Source of the DNA: Vermamoeba vermiformis
Lineage: Eukaryota
NCBI GenBank assembly: GCA_045837725.1
Contig: JBEWZL010000217.1
Span: forward strand, 62,001 to 97,822
Direction: 5' to 3'
Length of the DNA: 35,822 nt
Part shown: in pieces, positions 12,109 through 24,535 of the stretch
Position numbering within the stretch: the first letter of the stretch is position 1
Layout of the letters: each line of letters starts with the position of its first letter
The notes under the pieces: model-generated
What the model was told of the DNA's origin: nothing
Databases searched by the model: none
Seen by the model: only the letters and a program-made list of their open reading frames with translations
Program-made: the position numbers and the translations under genes

Positions 12109-15100
12109 TCACTTCTCATCCAACAACTTCTCGATCTGTTGCAAATCGTTGGTTGGCATCTTGCAAGTAAAGTTTTGACAAATGTAAGCTGTAGCTTTGC
12201 CATCAATGCGCATATCCCCGTCCTACAAAGAAATATTTCAGCTCGAGTGTACCGAACAACAATGACCTTGCGTACCTGAATAACCTCCACGCCAAGCTTC
12301 TTCAGCAGCTTTTGGCTCTTATCATTGTCCGCGTACAACACGACTTTGTTCGGCATGAACTTGCCGTGGATCATTTCCAGGATTCGTCTAAGACCATGCA
12401 TTAGGTAAGCATTGCTCGCGACATAAATTGACTAGTATTACGTACTTAGTATCAGCTGCCTTAGGGTCACCGGCTATAACGATTTGCTTCGGTTTCTTCA
12501 TGTAAAAGTGTAACGCGGCGACCATGTGTGGCAAGACAATAGGCGCCTTGCTCAATTGATCCTCGAATGAATTGAAAGTATGACGCGCCATTGCGTCCCA
12601 CTCACTATTATTTGTCATGTGCGATAGGCGTGCCAAGTTCAATGCAGCGAAAGAATTCTGTCGCAAAGTCAGCATGTCACGTGCACAATCAAAAGTTTAA
12701 CTTACGTAAGAAGGCTCGGCACCATCGTAATCTTCTTTTAATCTCAATACTAGAGTCTCATCGCCTCCGTCTACGCTGAAATAAGCACCGCCTTTTGCGT
12801 CCCAAAACAATTTGTCCATTTTCTTCTGCAAGTCAATTGCCCACTCGAGCCACTCAGCCTACGACCTGTTAATAACCACTATCACTACCAGGCATGCAAA
12901 CTTACCTCAGCTGTTGTCTCATACAAGTCTAATAGTGCAGTGATCATGAATGCGTAGTCATCCGCAAAAGCCGGGACATTCGAAGGACCATCGCGGAAGC
13001 TTCGAATCAGAGCTCCGTCTTTGTACAAAACATTCTAAAACCAAGTTAGCCTTGCTTCGTTAATGAATATAAGTACCTTTATGAACGTAGCAGCTTGTTT
13101 CGCTGTGTTGAGATAGTGATCCGACTTCAAGATCCGTGAAGCCACGGTGAAAGCAGAGATCATCAGGCCTAGCATGGAGTTAGTAAATATACTAAGCAGA
13201 GCACGTGTGTTCTAATTACCGTTCCAAGCGGTGATAACTTTGTCGTCCAAGAAAGGCTTTGGTCTCTTCTCGCGCTCTTTGAACAAAATGTCCTTGCTCC
13301 GGTCAACTTTCTGTCGCACTTCTTCTACCGTAATACCAAAGTTCTTTGCTACTTCGATGTAGCTCAATTGTCGTTCAAGAATGTTCTTGTGTGTGAACTC
13401 GTGGTGCGGATCTGCGCTTGCTTCAACATTGCCGTCTTCGCGCACGTTGTACAGCTCGCAGAACAGTGGCGCGTCCTCACCCAATAACTCAGTGATTTCT
13501 ATGACAAATTAGAGACGAGCCGCGCAAAAGATATCACCTTACCTTTATGGTGCCAGATGTAGAACGTGCCTTCGCCCTTCTCGTGCGTGTTGTGTGTGAC
13601 TAAACTGTCCGCGTCCTCCGCGCTGTAAAATCCTCCTTGAGGTGCTCGTAGCTTTTGCTCGACGTAATCTAGAATATCTTGTGTCACTCCTGCGTACATC
13701 ATGTGACCGGTGATTTGGTACGCAGTGACATAGGCTAGTGCAAGCTGTGCTTGATCGTACAACATTTTCTCGAAACTGTAACTCATTAGCCAAGGTCTCG
13801 AATGAAAGAGTAGTTATGACTTACTGCGGCACGTGCCAATCCTTGGTTACTGAATATCGGTGAAATCCTCCGCCAATGTGGTCGTTCATGCCACCCTCGG
13901 CCATCTTGCGCAATGTCAACTCGCACATTTGCAAGATTTTGTCATCACGTGACCTAAGGCTTGTTAGAAACAGCATGCTAAAAAGAAACGCACGACTACT
14001 TACTTGGAATAAAGTGAATATAATGCGGTGAAAATGACGGGACGAGGGAACTTTGGTGCCTTTGAAAATCCGCCGAGTTTGGAATCAAAACTGCGCTCTA
14101 CTTGATTGTAGTACTTTTTAAACACGTCACTGTCTACCATCAACTTATCGCGCGCTTTTTCGGATAAGATATCTTTCTCAACGTGATCCCTAACAAATTG
14201 TGAGTGGCGTGATCCACGAATTGTTGCACGTACTTAATGGCATCAATAACTTGATCACCCGACGCAATAAGCTGTGCTCTCTTAGTCTTCCACAAACCAG
14301 CGATCTTTGTCAGAATTTCAGCGAAGCCTATGGAACGAACTCGTTGTAGAAGAGCCTTCTCCATGGAGTTTTTGTGAACTTACCAGGACGACCCCACTGA
14401 GAGTATGGCGGGTAATATGTTCCGCCCAAAAAGGGCTTGAGCTCTGGAGTAAGCCACACGCTCATTGGCCAGCCACCACCGCCTGTAGTGGACTGTACGT
14501 AGGTCTGAAGCACGGGGTCAGATCGCGTGCAAGAAAACTCGTTAAAAACGTACCATGTAAATCTTATCAACATCAGGGCGCTCTTCTCGATCGACTTTAA
14601 TGCTGACAAAGTTTTGATTCATAATCTCGGCGATTTCTTCGTTCTCGAAGCTTTCGCGCTCCATCACGTGGCACCAACTAGATGCGTAACGATCAGCAAA
14701 TTACTAAGATGATTCTATTATATTCTGTAATTTGATCTTTAAAAGGCATTAATGAATTTGACAGAAAGATTGCCTTTGCTGAAAAGTTTTTCTGATCCAC
14801 GCGACCGATCCTTTGCTTTCAAAAATTGCAATAATGCCCGGGATCGTTATAAATAAATGCATTAAACAAACATCTCGAATAATTTCCACGGTAGATACTT
14901 ATTAAGTAATTTTTAAGGGATGCACTTACTGGCAAGTCGAATAGCCGACGGACAAAAATATTGGCTTATCATCTTGCTTGGCCTTTTCAAAGGCTTCTTT
15001 GCCCCACGGGTACCTATATTCGGTTTTGTTAGCACACAATTTCAATTCAAACTTGAAATTATATTTTAAAATTACCAATCAACTGGATTATTCTTGTGTT

Positions 15101-15290
15101 GTAATAAATAGGGAGACTTTTCTTTGGCAAGTCTATTTTCGTGCTTTGTCTTATTTGCAGTTTCCATCGATGGTTTCAACACGGTCTTCTTTGTTGATCC
15201 GTTGTTCTTATTGCTGAAAAACGACCTTGTCTTGACTGAATTGCTTTTTGAAATAGTCTTCGACGTGACAGATGATAGCGCTCTGAACAT
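12109..15290 (-). CDS. SPATA20: Spermatogenesis-associated protein 20 homolog (thioredoxin-like DUF255 plus alpha/alpha toroid, YyaL family), many exons, probable mitochondrial presequence
   Basis: Diagnostic motifs: [40 protein letters not shown] (CxxC), [60 protein letters not shown] and [12 protein letters not shown]. Stop TGA at 12111-12109. The N-terminus is S/K/R-rich and lacks acidic residues. Confidence 0.95.
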
Positions 15291-15579
15291 GGTAGAATTT
15301 AATGAGTTTTGTCGATTTTTAATGTTGTTTTTTGTTGTTGCACGTGATTTTGGAAGTTTGGAAGCAGATTCGGTACATTTGGAAGGCCTTTTGGAAGCAT
15401 CTATAGAAGGAAAATGGTTTGCGATTGGTTAATCTCCTGTAGAATCTGCTTATCGGCAAAGTGCAAGATGGCGAGAGTAAAAGAGCTTTGTACGTCAACA
15501 ATACCCGATTTTTGGTTATGTTTATGTTTAAACAAATATGGTCTAATAATACAACTGATTTCGTGTCAAAATTCAAAGA

Positions 15580-15795
15580 TCAAGCTTCTTTGATCTCGTA
15601 GATTTTTTCCTGACCTTTCTGCGTGAACACAAGATAATATTTCTTGGCACTATCTTTATGCTGGGCAGTATGCGTCGATTGGCCGCCATTTACCTTTTCT
15701 TTACACATGTAAAACTGCCGATCTGTCATATTGCTTTCTAATTCTTCATATTGTTCTTTCGTAACATTTTTGCCATTAATTTTATATGTTTCCAT
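15580..15795 (-). CDS. Small intronless hypothetical protein (~71 aa)
   Basis: ATG at 15795 gives METYKINGKNVTKEQYEELESNMTDRQFYMCKEKVNGGQSTHTAQHKDSAKKYYLVFTQKGQEKIYEIKEA*, a globular-looking composition. Confidence 0.55.
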   Translation of the reverse strand: METYKINGKNVTKEQYEELESNMTDRQFYMCKEKVNGGQSTHTAQHKDSAKKYYLVFTQKGQEKIYEIKEA

Positions 15796-16411
15796 ATGGA
15801 AGATTTGTTGTTTACCGGTCACGGCAACGATCAAAAACGTAAAATCCGCACCCGTACTAGTTTTTGCACGTTAAGCAATTTGAAAAACACGTCACGTTGT
15901 GTTTATTATATAGGAAATGAATTTAGCAATATATGCACGCAGAAGGAACCGGGCTACTGGTAAGTAAGGCTTTTCTGCGCTATTTATCGTTTTCAATCAG
16001 CCTTATTTACGAAATTATATATGTAATTTGCATATTTATGAATAAGGGAACAGAGGCATCGCTAAGTTAGCAACGAAAATTACGTAATCTATGTCTGTTG
16101 CTTACTTAGGTCCATTTAATATTCTGTAAAATCTCGAAATTGTGGCTAAAATACTATTGTATACCGGGTTATGTCAAAATTCTTATTTTACTCTGTAGAA
16201 TCTGCGGATGGCCTTGTTGATCGACTTTTGATCGAATATCTGCATGGGACTACGATTAGGATTGCAGCGACGTTTTGGCAGCTTTTGGCATCGAGCGTTC
16301 TTGCGTCCCAAAAGGAATAGTCGGTAAATATCAACAACGCCAGAAAAAGTTCAGAACCGAGAATTCAAAAGTTTCGAATCTGCATTATTTTTTTAAATTC
16401 AAAACGAAACA

Positions 16412-19400
16412 ATGAAGTTCAAGAGCAAATTTTTCGAAGTTTATATCGAAAGCTTGGGGTTGGAGCTTCCAGAGTATCAAACTAAGCACAATGAAGACGA
16501 CTCAAGGGAGTGCTTTATTCCTGCTTGTCTAGATGCGGCTTACAAAATCGTGCTCAAGAACACTAGCGACGTTATGATTGCCTTTGTTGTCAAGATTGAT
16601 GGTCGCGCCAATTTTCACAACGACTTCTCGCTTCGTTTCACCAAATTCAACAGTGAACGTGATCGGATTCGACGCAGGTCGTAAAATCGAAGGCCTGAAA
16701 GTGATTGAAGAGGTGCACGAGTTTGTATTTGGACGACCTCAAGTGCAAAATGGAGTTGCTAATAATAACAATGCCGCTGTCAGCTCGGGAACCATAGAAG
16801 TAATTGTACATCCGGCGAGTTTTCTACGCGAAGAAGGTAATTTGATAACACAATCCGTAATAGAGCTAACATTAATTTTCACAGAGAGGCTCGTACAAGC
16901 AACGAACGTCCAAATCACCAATGTTTCAGGTCGCAGATTGAACGAACTGACCATGAAGCAATTTACCGACGGCGAGAAAGTGACCACGAAGGCGGGCAAC
17001 AAAAAAGAAGCGCGCATATTTTCAACCAGCAAAGAGGCTAAAACTAAATATTCCATCTATGACGTGGACTACCGACGGACGTTGGCAAAGGCTGTCTTCA
17101 AATACCGAGGTACGAAACATTAATTGCTTGCAAATATAATTCTTAATAATATTATTACTATACTAACGCTATTACCAGATTTATACAGCTTGTTACAGAA
17201 GAAAATTATTCCGGTTAAAGAATTGCAAGATCTGATCGCCACCAACTCCAACTTGTTGAGACTGTTCTCAGATCACTACGAGATTAGTGACAAGTTGAAG
17301 TACATCGAACACGAACAGCGACTGGGTGCAAAATCATACGTCAAAGCGACACGTAGGTTGCTGAAAGACTTGAAAGAGTTGCAAATGAATCCGTTGCCGA
17401 CCATTGCCGCCAGTCCGTTGTCTGACGACCTGCTGCTATGGCACGCGAATTTGCATGGCACCAAAGGCTCGCCCTTCGAAGGCCTGACCTTCCACTTGGT
17501 ATGCTCGATCTTACACGCTAGTTGCTATCGATAGCTAACCCTTGACATTAGGAGCTGTTGTTCAATGAAGCCTATCCTTTCGAACCACCACGCGTTCAAA
17601 TGCTCAACTTTTTAGCGCACTCGAATGTCATTCACGGCTTCATTTGTCTCGACATGCTCGTCTCGGGAGATTTCGTTGCCGATCAAAACAAAGCGTACAC
17701 AGGCTGGTCTAGCGCATATTCCTTGCTCTCAGTGTTGTTGCAGCTTCAAGCCTTTTTGTTCGATCGTGCCAATATGACTGATGAATCGATTGCTGCCGCG
17801 AAATTTCATCAACAACGATTCTCGTGCGCGTGCGGTCACTGCCTAACTCGACCATGGCCCGTGCACAATAACCAAGAAGCTCTTCCAGATAGCGAGAAAA
17901 CAGTTAATAGTGAAGCACCGGTCATTGTTCCGAAACAGACGAAGTCCGCCCAGAAGACTGCACCAAAAGTCAAAAAAACAAGAAAGCCTGGCACAAACAA
18001 TACCAAAGTCACACTGACGAATTTGGTTTCAAAGCCCTCGCGGTTCATGAAAGCCATCCGATGCAATCCGAAGGCCATCATCTTGCCTATCTTGGCTGCA
18101 GCGGCACTTCCCAACATCTACAAGCACGCGTCGAAATATTCCGTGTCAATGGAAGAAATCAACGCTGCAATGTCGAAAGGCGTAGAAAAATTGACACAAA
18201 TCAAGTCTGAAACATTGCAAAATCTGCCCACGATATCCTCAATGTCATTCTCGATTTCACCAAATTTGGTGTTCACGCTGAAGATCTTCGGAATAATTAT
18301 TTGCATCGGACTGGTCCAGTGGCTATTTATCACAGCAAGTGCCCAGACTCGAAACCAAAGAATTCGCGACGAAGAAGCGAAACTGAATCGAGCCCAATTA
18401 GAAGTCAAATTAAGACAAAAAGCAGAAAAAGAACGAAAATTAGCTAAACAATTGCAAAAGGCTAAGCAGAACCAAGCGAAAGATTTCAACGGCAGATTGC
18501 GGTACTATTATGACGACGATATTGATAATACTCCAACGTTAAAAGAAGATCCTCCCACCACTTTAAACAACAGTTTGCTCAACAACAATCACATCGTTCA
18601 TGAACAAGACGAATTCTTTGAAGCTCCGGCCAAGGCGAAAAAAGAACAACGAAGGGAAGCAAAATTAAAGGCCTTTTTGAAAGCGATAACTACCCCACCC
18701 AAGCCATCGAATTTGCCTAAACGGGAAACCTACAACAATAACGGCGTTCAGATCGATCGAAAGACAGGCCGACCAATCAGAAAGTCGAAGTTTGCACGAA
18801 ACAGCAACACCATAAAGAGAGATTGGGGATCTGAAGTCGTACCTCCCGCGAGAGATTTACAATCTAAAAACAGATACAGCGTGCACGACGAATCTACCGA
18901 AGAGTCGTTCATGGAAAAGCAGCTCTTGTTAATGAACCATTCGTTGATTGATATGATGCGCAGCAACAAAAACAAGAACAATACTAAAAATGACACTCAG
19001 TCCGTCAAAAAATCTGTGGCAATATTCCCTGCAATGCCGAATGAAATTCTGCTCGAGATGTAAGATAATAACCTGTGGTAATATCGTGGGCTAATTATCT
19101 TCCGTTTAGATTCTCGTACTTGAACCACTCTAACTTGATGTCGGTTGCTCGTGTGTGTAGCACTTTCAGAACTCTTGCATTTGACGGGTACGTAACTTGC
19201 TACGTAAAAAACCCTCGGCGTTCTAATCGCCCTGTTTAGTTTCTTGTGGGACCGTCGTGAGTTGATTTGTTTCCATTCAAAAGTCACTTTTGAAGAGGAC
19301 GTTCTTGGCGTCGGTTTGAACGTGGAATATTATCCCGAGTAAGTTAAATTGGATTTTGTTAAACTAGCGCTCAGAGTACTGATCGATTTGTAGCTCCGAT

Positions 19401-20408
19401 CGATTGTCAGCCATTACGAGTCCTCTGGATCTCTTATCGCACACTGCTTATCGCCGCGATAAAGTGCGCACTTCTGTGTGGAAAACTCAGTTCAAATTCT
19501 TCTTGCCGTTATGTACGTAGAAGTCACATATCTAATCCTCCATAATCTAACCAACGTAAAGACATCAATCGCAAGCACGGCCAGCAAGCAATTCCGCTCG
19601 TCAATGAAAGCTTGGCGGAGTTACTTCGAAGACCCTTCGAGCCGTTGATGGCCCTCGAAGTGTTTCCGAAATTGATGAATACGATGGTCGTCGAGTTAAT
19701 GGACAGAAAGCTGCACGCGTCAATGAAGGCCTTGGAAGGATTTTGTTTCTTCCATCGTCTGTTGATCGAGTACACTTTGAGATATCCGGAAGTGCTTGAA
19801 AAAGTCGAATCGACTATCGAAAACTTCATCGCCGATCGAAGAGCCCGCACTAAAAAAGCAGTACCGAACTTGGGAGAATTTTTGACACTGTTGACAGTCA
19901 GCCAAAAATACAACTGGGAAGACGTGTGCGACATCTACATTGAAGAGCAATTGGTCAGAAATGTCAAGTGGGTCGTTCAAGCGCTGCCTAATTGGAACAA
20001 AGACTTTGATAGGTTGTCTAGAGACAACGCCATTCAACAGTTCTTGAACTCGACTCAAGTCTCGCAACGCTTGTTGATCTTCAATTACTATTTCTTGAAA
20101 GACGTCGCCAAGCCTAGAATAAGTCATGGTGATGTCAATTACATCAAACAGAACTACGACTTGCATTACGGCAAGCCAAGTCTTACGATCAGAAACGAGT
20201 TCCACAATGCAGTGAAGTACATTCAAAAGCTCGACATTAGCAAGTGGAAGTAAGTACTACCGATCCAATGACCTTCAACAGTATCTAATGAGTCTTCTGC
20301 AGTGTTTTCTTCCATCACTTAGGCTTGGGCGCACCATCGAACAATGCGATTTACCAATGGATCGTGCAGGCTAGAAAAATATCTGCGTTGAGAAGATACC
20401 ACAAGTAG
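16412..20408 (+). CDS. Large multidomain ubiquitin-conjugating (E2/UBC) protein: N-terminal beta-rich domain, UBC, hydrophobic segment and coiled coil, F-box-like motif, helical C-terminal domain
   Basis: The UBC domain reads ATRRLLKDLKEL...WHANLHGTKGSPFEGLTFHL|ELLFNEAYPFEPPRV...HSNVIHGFICLDML, with the catalytic Cys codon at ~17645. The F-box-like motif reads MPNEILLEI|FSYLNHSNLMSVARVCSTFR at ~19034-19170. The C-terminal part contains KLMNTMVV..HASMKALEGFCFFHRLL, and the last exon ends ...SALRRYHK* with TAG at 20406-20408. There is a frame discontinuity near 16602-16653. Confidence 0.85.
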
Positions 20409-20498
20409 TTTTGATGGCGTTTATTATCATTTGCTTATCGCCACGTTTTCAATAAATAATTTTTCGGCTAGATTTATAAGATAAATATGTAATTGTAT

Positions 20499-23258
20499 TT
20501 ACAACATCCACGCTACAACAATACCAACAGCAGCCCACAACGACAACATGATGTACGAAGACGTCGAAGTTTGTTGGTTGTTGGGTGAAGGCTGGATCAT
20601 GGTCGGTTGTTCAGGTGGTGTGAACGGTGGTGTGAATGGTGGATTTTCTGGACCGGCACCAATAATTCCGTACTTGAAGTTGATCGGATAAGCACCGCGA
20701 CCGGTGTGCTTGGGCAAGTCATTTGCTGCAAGAGAGGGTACTGCGTTGCCGTTCCAAGCCAACAAAACATAAGTAGACGATCCGTTGGTCAAAATCGGGT
20801 AGCGATCTACGTAATTATTAGTCAACAAGGTCTTCAAGAATGACGTTAACACATACCGCTAGCCAAAGGACGCGTGAAATTGTAAATGACATCGTCGCCA
20901 ACAACTTCAAGTGAGTTATCTGTCGAGTTCCACGAAATCAAAGTGTCATCGTTCCACGTGGCCAACTGTTCGGTGGTGTTTCGAAGGAAGAATTTCTGCA
21001 AAAGTTAGCCTCTAGGTCATTGAAGCGGCTGTAAACACGTGATGTACGTACACCGAAGACATCCGTTCCGTTGTTAAATGCCAACAGGCATTCTGAAGTG
21101 ATCATGGCACCGTTGTAGTTGAAACCAATAGCGAGCCAGCCCTTGGCCTGTTGACGAATCGAAAAACTAACAGTATCGTCGGCACTGCGCGATAAGTTAG
21201 TAAAACAGCTTCAACGATAAAGAACTTCGACGTACTTGAGCGTGTAGGTGAGAGTAGAAGGACCAACCACCCTACAAGTTGCATCGATTAGTTAGCACGA
21301 AATTAAAACACAAACTCGTGTAAGGACGTACAAAGTGACAGGCTGGCCGATTTCAACAGGTTTGACAGGAGGGACAACAGGAGCGCTAACAGGAGCTTGA
21401 GGCACTTGACCATTAGGGCCCACGTAAGCAAGAGCGTACACGGCACCTCTGTTGTCATCCGAGAAGAAGATGCACTCGTTGTAAGCCTTGCAAGGACCAA
21501 CGACTACGGCCACAGGACGAATGAAAAAGCTGCTGGGATCATTGCCCCAGAAGATTTGTTCGTAGTTTGTGGGATTATTGTTGTCGTCCAAGTTCAAGAA
21601 ACCAATCATTCGGCCCTTGGACGGCGATCTGAACGTGAAATTAAATTTAACTTTCGGCGTGTCAATTCCATACCTGTTCCAGCTACCGTGCGAAGGAATA
21701 ATAGCCATTTTGCCCTTCTTGCCGGGAATACGATCGCCGTTGTAGAACACAATGTCCAGCGGAGCAATGTGCGCGGGCAAGTTGTAGACGGGAGGAATGT
21801 TATTGCCTTGGTTGCGACACCACGCGTCAGTGTGACTGCAGCACATCAATAAGTGTTAAAATTTATCATAATAATTTGCTGATTAGATCTACTTACGTGG
21901 TATCAGTCGATGAAGTGGCCCATTGCGTGCCCACGCCGAGTCCTTGCGCGAAGCTGAGATTGCCATTATCTCCAGGCCCTTCACTCCAGCAGAAAGGATA
22001 GCCGTAAAACTGACCAGCATGCGTGTCCAGGAAGATGTTAACTTCTTCGCTCGGATTGGTGTTGTGAATGTCACCGAACTCGGTTCTAGTAGCAATACCG
22101 AGGTCATCCATGCCGTTCTATTGGTACGCAGTTAGTTAGTTGAGCTTATTCATGCACGGTCATATATGCACATACCTCGACACCCCACAATCGTCCTTGA
22201 TTGTCGAATCTCAAACCCACTTCATTTCTCGTGCCATCAGCTGGAAGATACCGCGTCAATAAACCAGTGCAAGGAAGTAAAAGTACGCACCAAATACTTG
22301 CGTGTCAGCACCGTAATTCTTGGGGTAGGTGCCGTCGAGGGCGAATCTGATGACGCGTGCTCGACTGCTGTCCGCGTCAATGTTGTCTCCGCTACCAATG
22401 CTACAAGTGATATGGTTAGTGAGTGCTAAGCAAGTACTTGAGGTCTACACGACGTACTTGACATAGACATTGTTTTTGGAGTCAAACTCGAGTGTTCTTG
22501 TCTCGTGATTTCCCTTGACCGGCATGCCTTGCAAAATGACTTGCGATTGTCCCAGTGGCTTGCAATAGTTAGCTTCAGCATACTCCCATCTGCGAGTACA
22601 AATGAATAAGATTGCTAAGCTATTTGTGAAACGGTATGCCATACTATAAAGAGTAAAATGATTCGGTCGAATTTTCCGCGATTTTGTTCAATCATTGCTT
22701 ACGCAAGATTCAGATCGTATCTTTAGTAATTATCAACTTACCTGTAAACGTTTTGGTCGCTCGAAGCGTAAATGTAGCCATCGTGATAGCGCAGTGCGTG
22801 GTTCAAGCCAAGGCCTGAAAACAAAGTTACGCTATCGACAAGGTTGGTGTCGTTCTCCCATAAGACCATAATAGAGGCACTGTTGCGAGCAAGTACCAAC
22901 AAGTCTCCATTGGGTACTAAATCCATGCCACGAGCATTGGCCACATCTGATCGCAAAGTTAGTACGATCGAGAACTATCTGACTTTCTGTGATAGTTAAG
23001 AACACGTGAAAACAATGGCAAAGGTACGTACTTGTTTTGTAGGTAAACACGCAGTAATTAGGATTAATTCCTGCGGTGGACATGTCGATCATCGAATCCG
23101 CGCAGCTGACTACAAATAATCATTATTAACCTTCTATATTTCAGGTGCGTGCCTGTGCTAGCATTCTTAAACTTACCTGCACTGACTGCGTGAAACGTCA
23201 CAGCAAAAACTGTTAAGACGAGAAGCAGGATTGAGCTTGAACGAGTTGCTTTTCTCAT
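20499..23258 (-). CDS. Secreted PQQ-dependent sugar dehydrogenase-like beta-propeller (AA12/sorbosone dehydrogenase family) plus C-terminal DOMON domain and hydrophobic anchor
   Basis: Signal peptide MRKATRSSSILLLVLTVFAVTFHAVSA. Propeller motifs: LNHAL, HETRTLEF, IGSGDNID, GTRNEVGLRFD, ENGMDDL, NPSEEVN, FYGYPFCWS, AHIAPLDIVF, HGSWNR and RPVAV. A P-rich linker leads to the DOMON motifs KGWLAIGFNYNGAM...FTRPL...VLLAW...PKHTGRG, then a P/T/Q stalk and the hydrophobic tail IMLSLWAAVGIVVAWML*. Confidence 0.85.
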
Positions 23259-24535
23259 GTTGTTTGTCTTTAACTTGCGATCGTAAATCGTAAAATAAAA
23301 ATAAAATGGAATCGTGCGAAAGACCCGGTGAAAACAGAAAAATTTAGTGCAACGATTAATCGAAACAGGAGCGAGAGATCTAACAAAAAATTGATAGAAA
23401 TTTGATACAACGGAAATGAGTAATTGAATTTAACCGTAAGCGTGCACTATGTAATAAATAAACAACATTTTGCGTGCACCATCAGACGTAAAATTCAAAA
23501 TTTTTAAGTAATTTGCTTTTGTTAAATCTGAGGAAATAATTGCGATAAAGCATATCATTAAATAAATTATTATTATTTAATAAAATAGAATATTGGCCAA
23601 CCGTAAATATAATAAATCAGACCAAATATTAATAGATGAGATTTGAAACCAGTATAAGTAATATGTAATAAGTACCTTTCAGCTCATTCCAGTAAAGAAT
23701 AGTGATGTGTTATTGGAATTAATTGCATTAAGCTGAGAGCTCACATGCTGAAGATCAATTGAGATCAAATTTAGTTGATTGTTGCGAAAATAATATACAC
23801 CCGGTTGCTGCAGCAACCTGTTGACCTCGTTTAAATGGGTCAGATACCATGTTAGTACGGTGTTCCTCATAATTCACAATGGTAAGAACAAATGACCTTT
23901 TTCCCGCGATCATTGTTGCAACACAGCGAACCCTTGTACACCAAAGGACCCAAGCGTATCAATATGGTTGATATTTGTGCTTATGCAACGAACAACTTCT
24001 GAAAGTCGAGGAGGCTGAGTAGAGAGGCGCAAAGGGAGCGAGATCAAAAGCTTTCGCGACAGAACCTTTACTAAACGTAATAATTAATTTTAAAAGGTAA
24101 GAATTCATATTTAATTGTAACATACTCTTTAAACGTCAGTGAGGAGTTAAACAATTAATTAAATTATTTTTGCAACCTAGATTTCAAACGGACATCGTAA
24201 TGCTATTCTCAGCCCTTGGTTGATTATGGAAAATTAGATAAACGAACGGTATCGTACGTGTTTGAAGTCGTTTGGTTCATGCGCCAGGAGTAACTTGATT
24301 CGCGTCGTTCACAGACTCTGATAACTTGCCAATTAGTTTGGCAGTGCGAAGAGCGATGCTAGCGGAGCTGACAACGGACTGATTGAATGGAAAACGGAGG
24401 GCGTGGGAAATTAACTCGCGCGTGACACACGGTGCACAACCCGCATACCTCGTGTGGGTCTCAATTTCCCATTAAATTAACTTTTAAGAAGAGGTGAAGA
24501 GCCACGCGTCCTTGTCCTTATTGGTATCAAATACA

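Noticed and set aside
16837-16884. 48-nt stop-free in-frame segment read through in the ORF track
   Set aside because: It has a GTAATT donor, CTAAC branch point and CAG acceptor, so it is treated as an ordinary intron.
17836-20226. Long antisense ORFs over the E2 gene, and similar shadow ORFs over other genes
   Set aside because: They are explained by codon bias of the sense-strand genes.
23679-23870. 63-aa minus-strand ORF in the long intergenic region
   Set aside because: It has no recognisable motif and no consistent exon chain. It could be a relic but cannot be supported.
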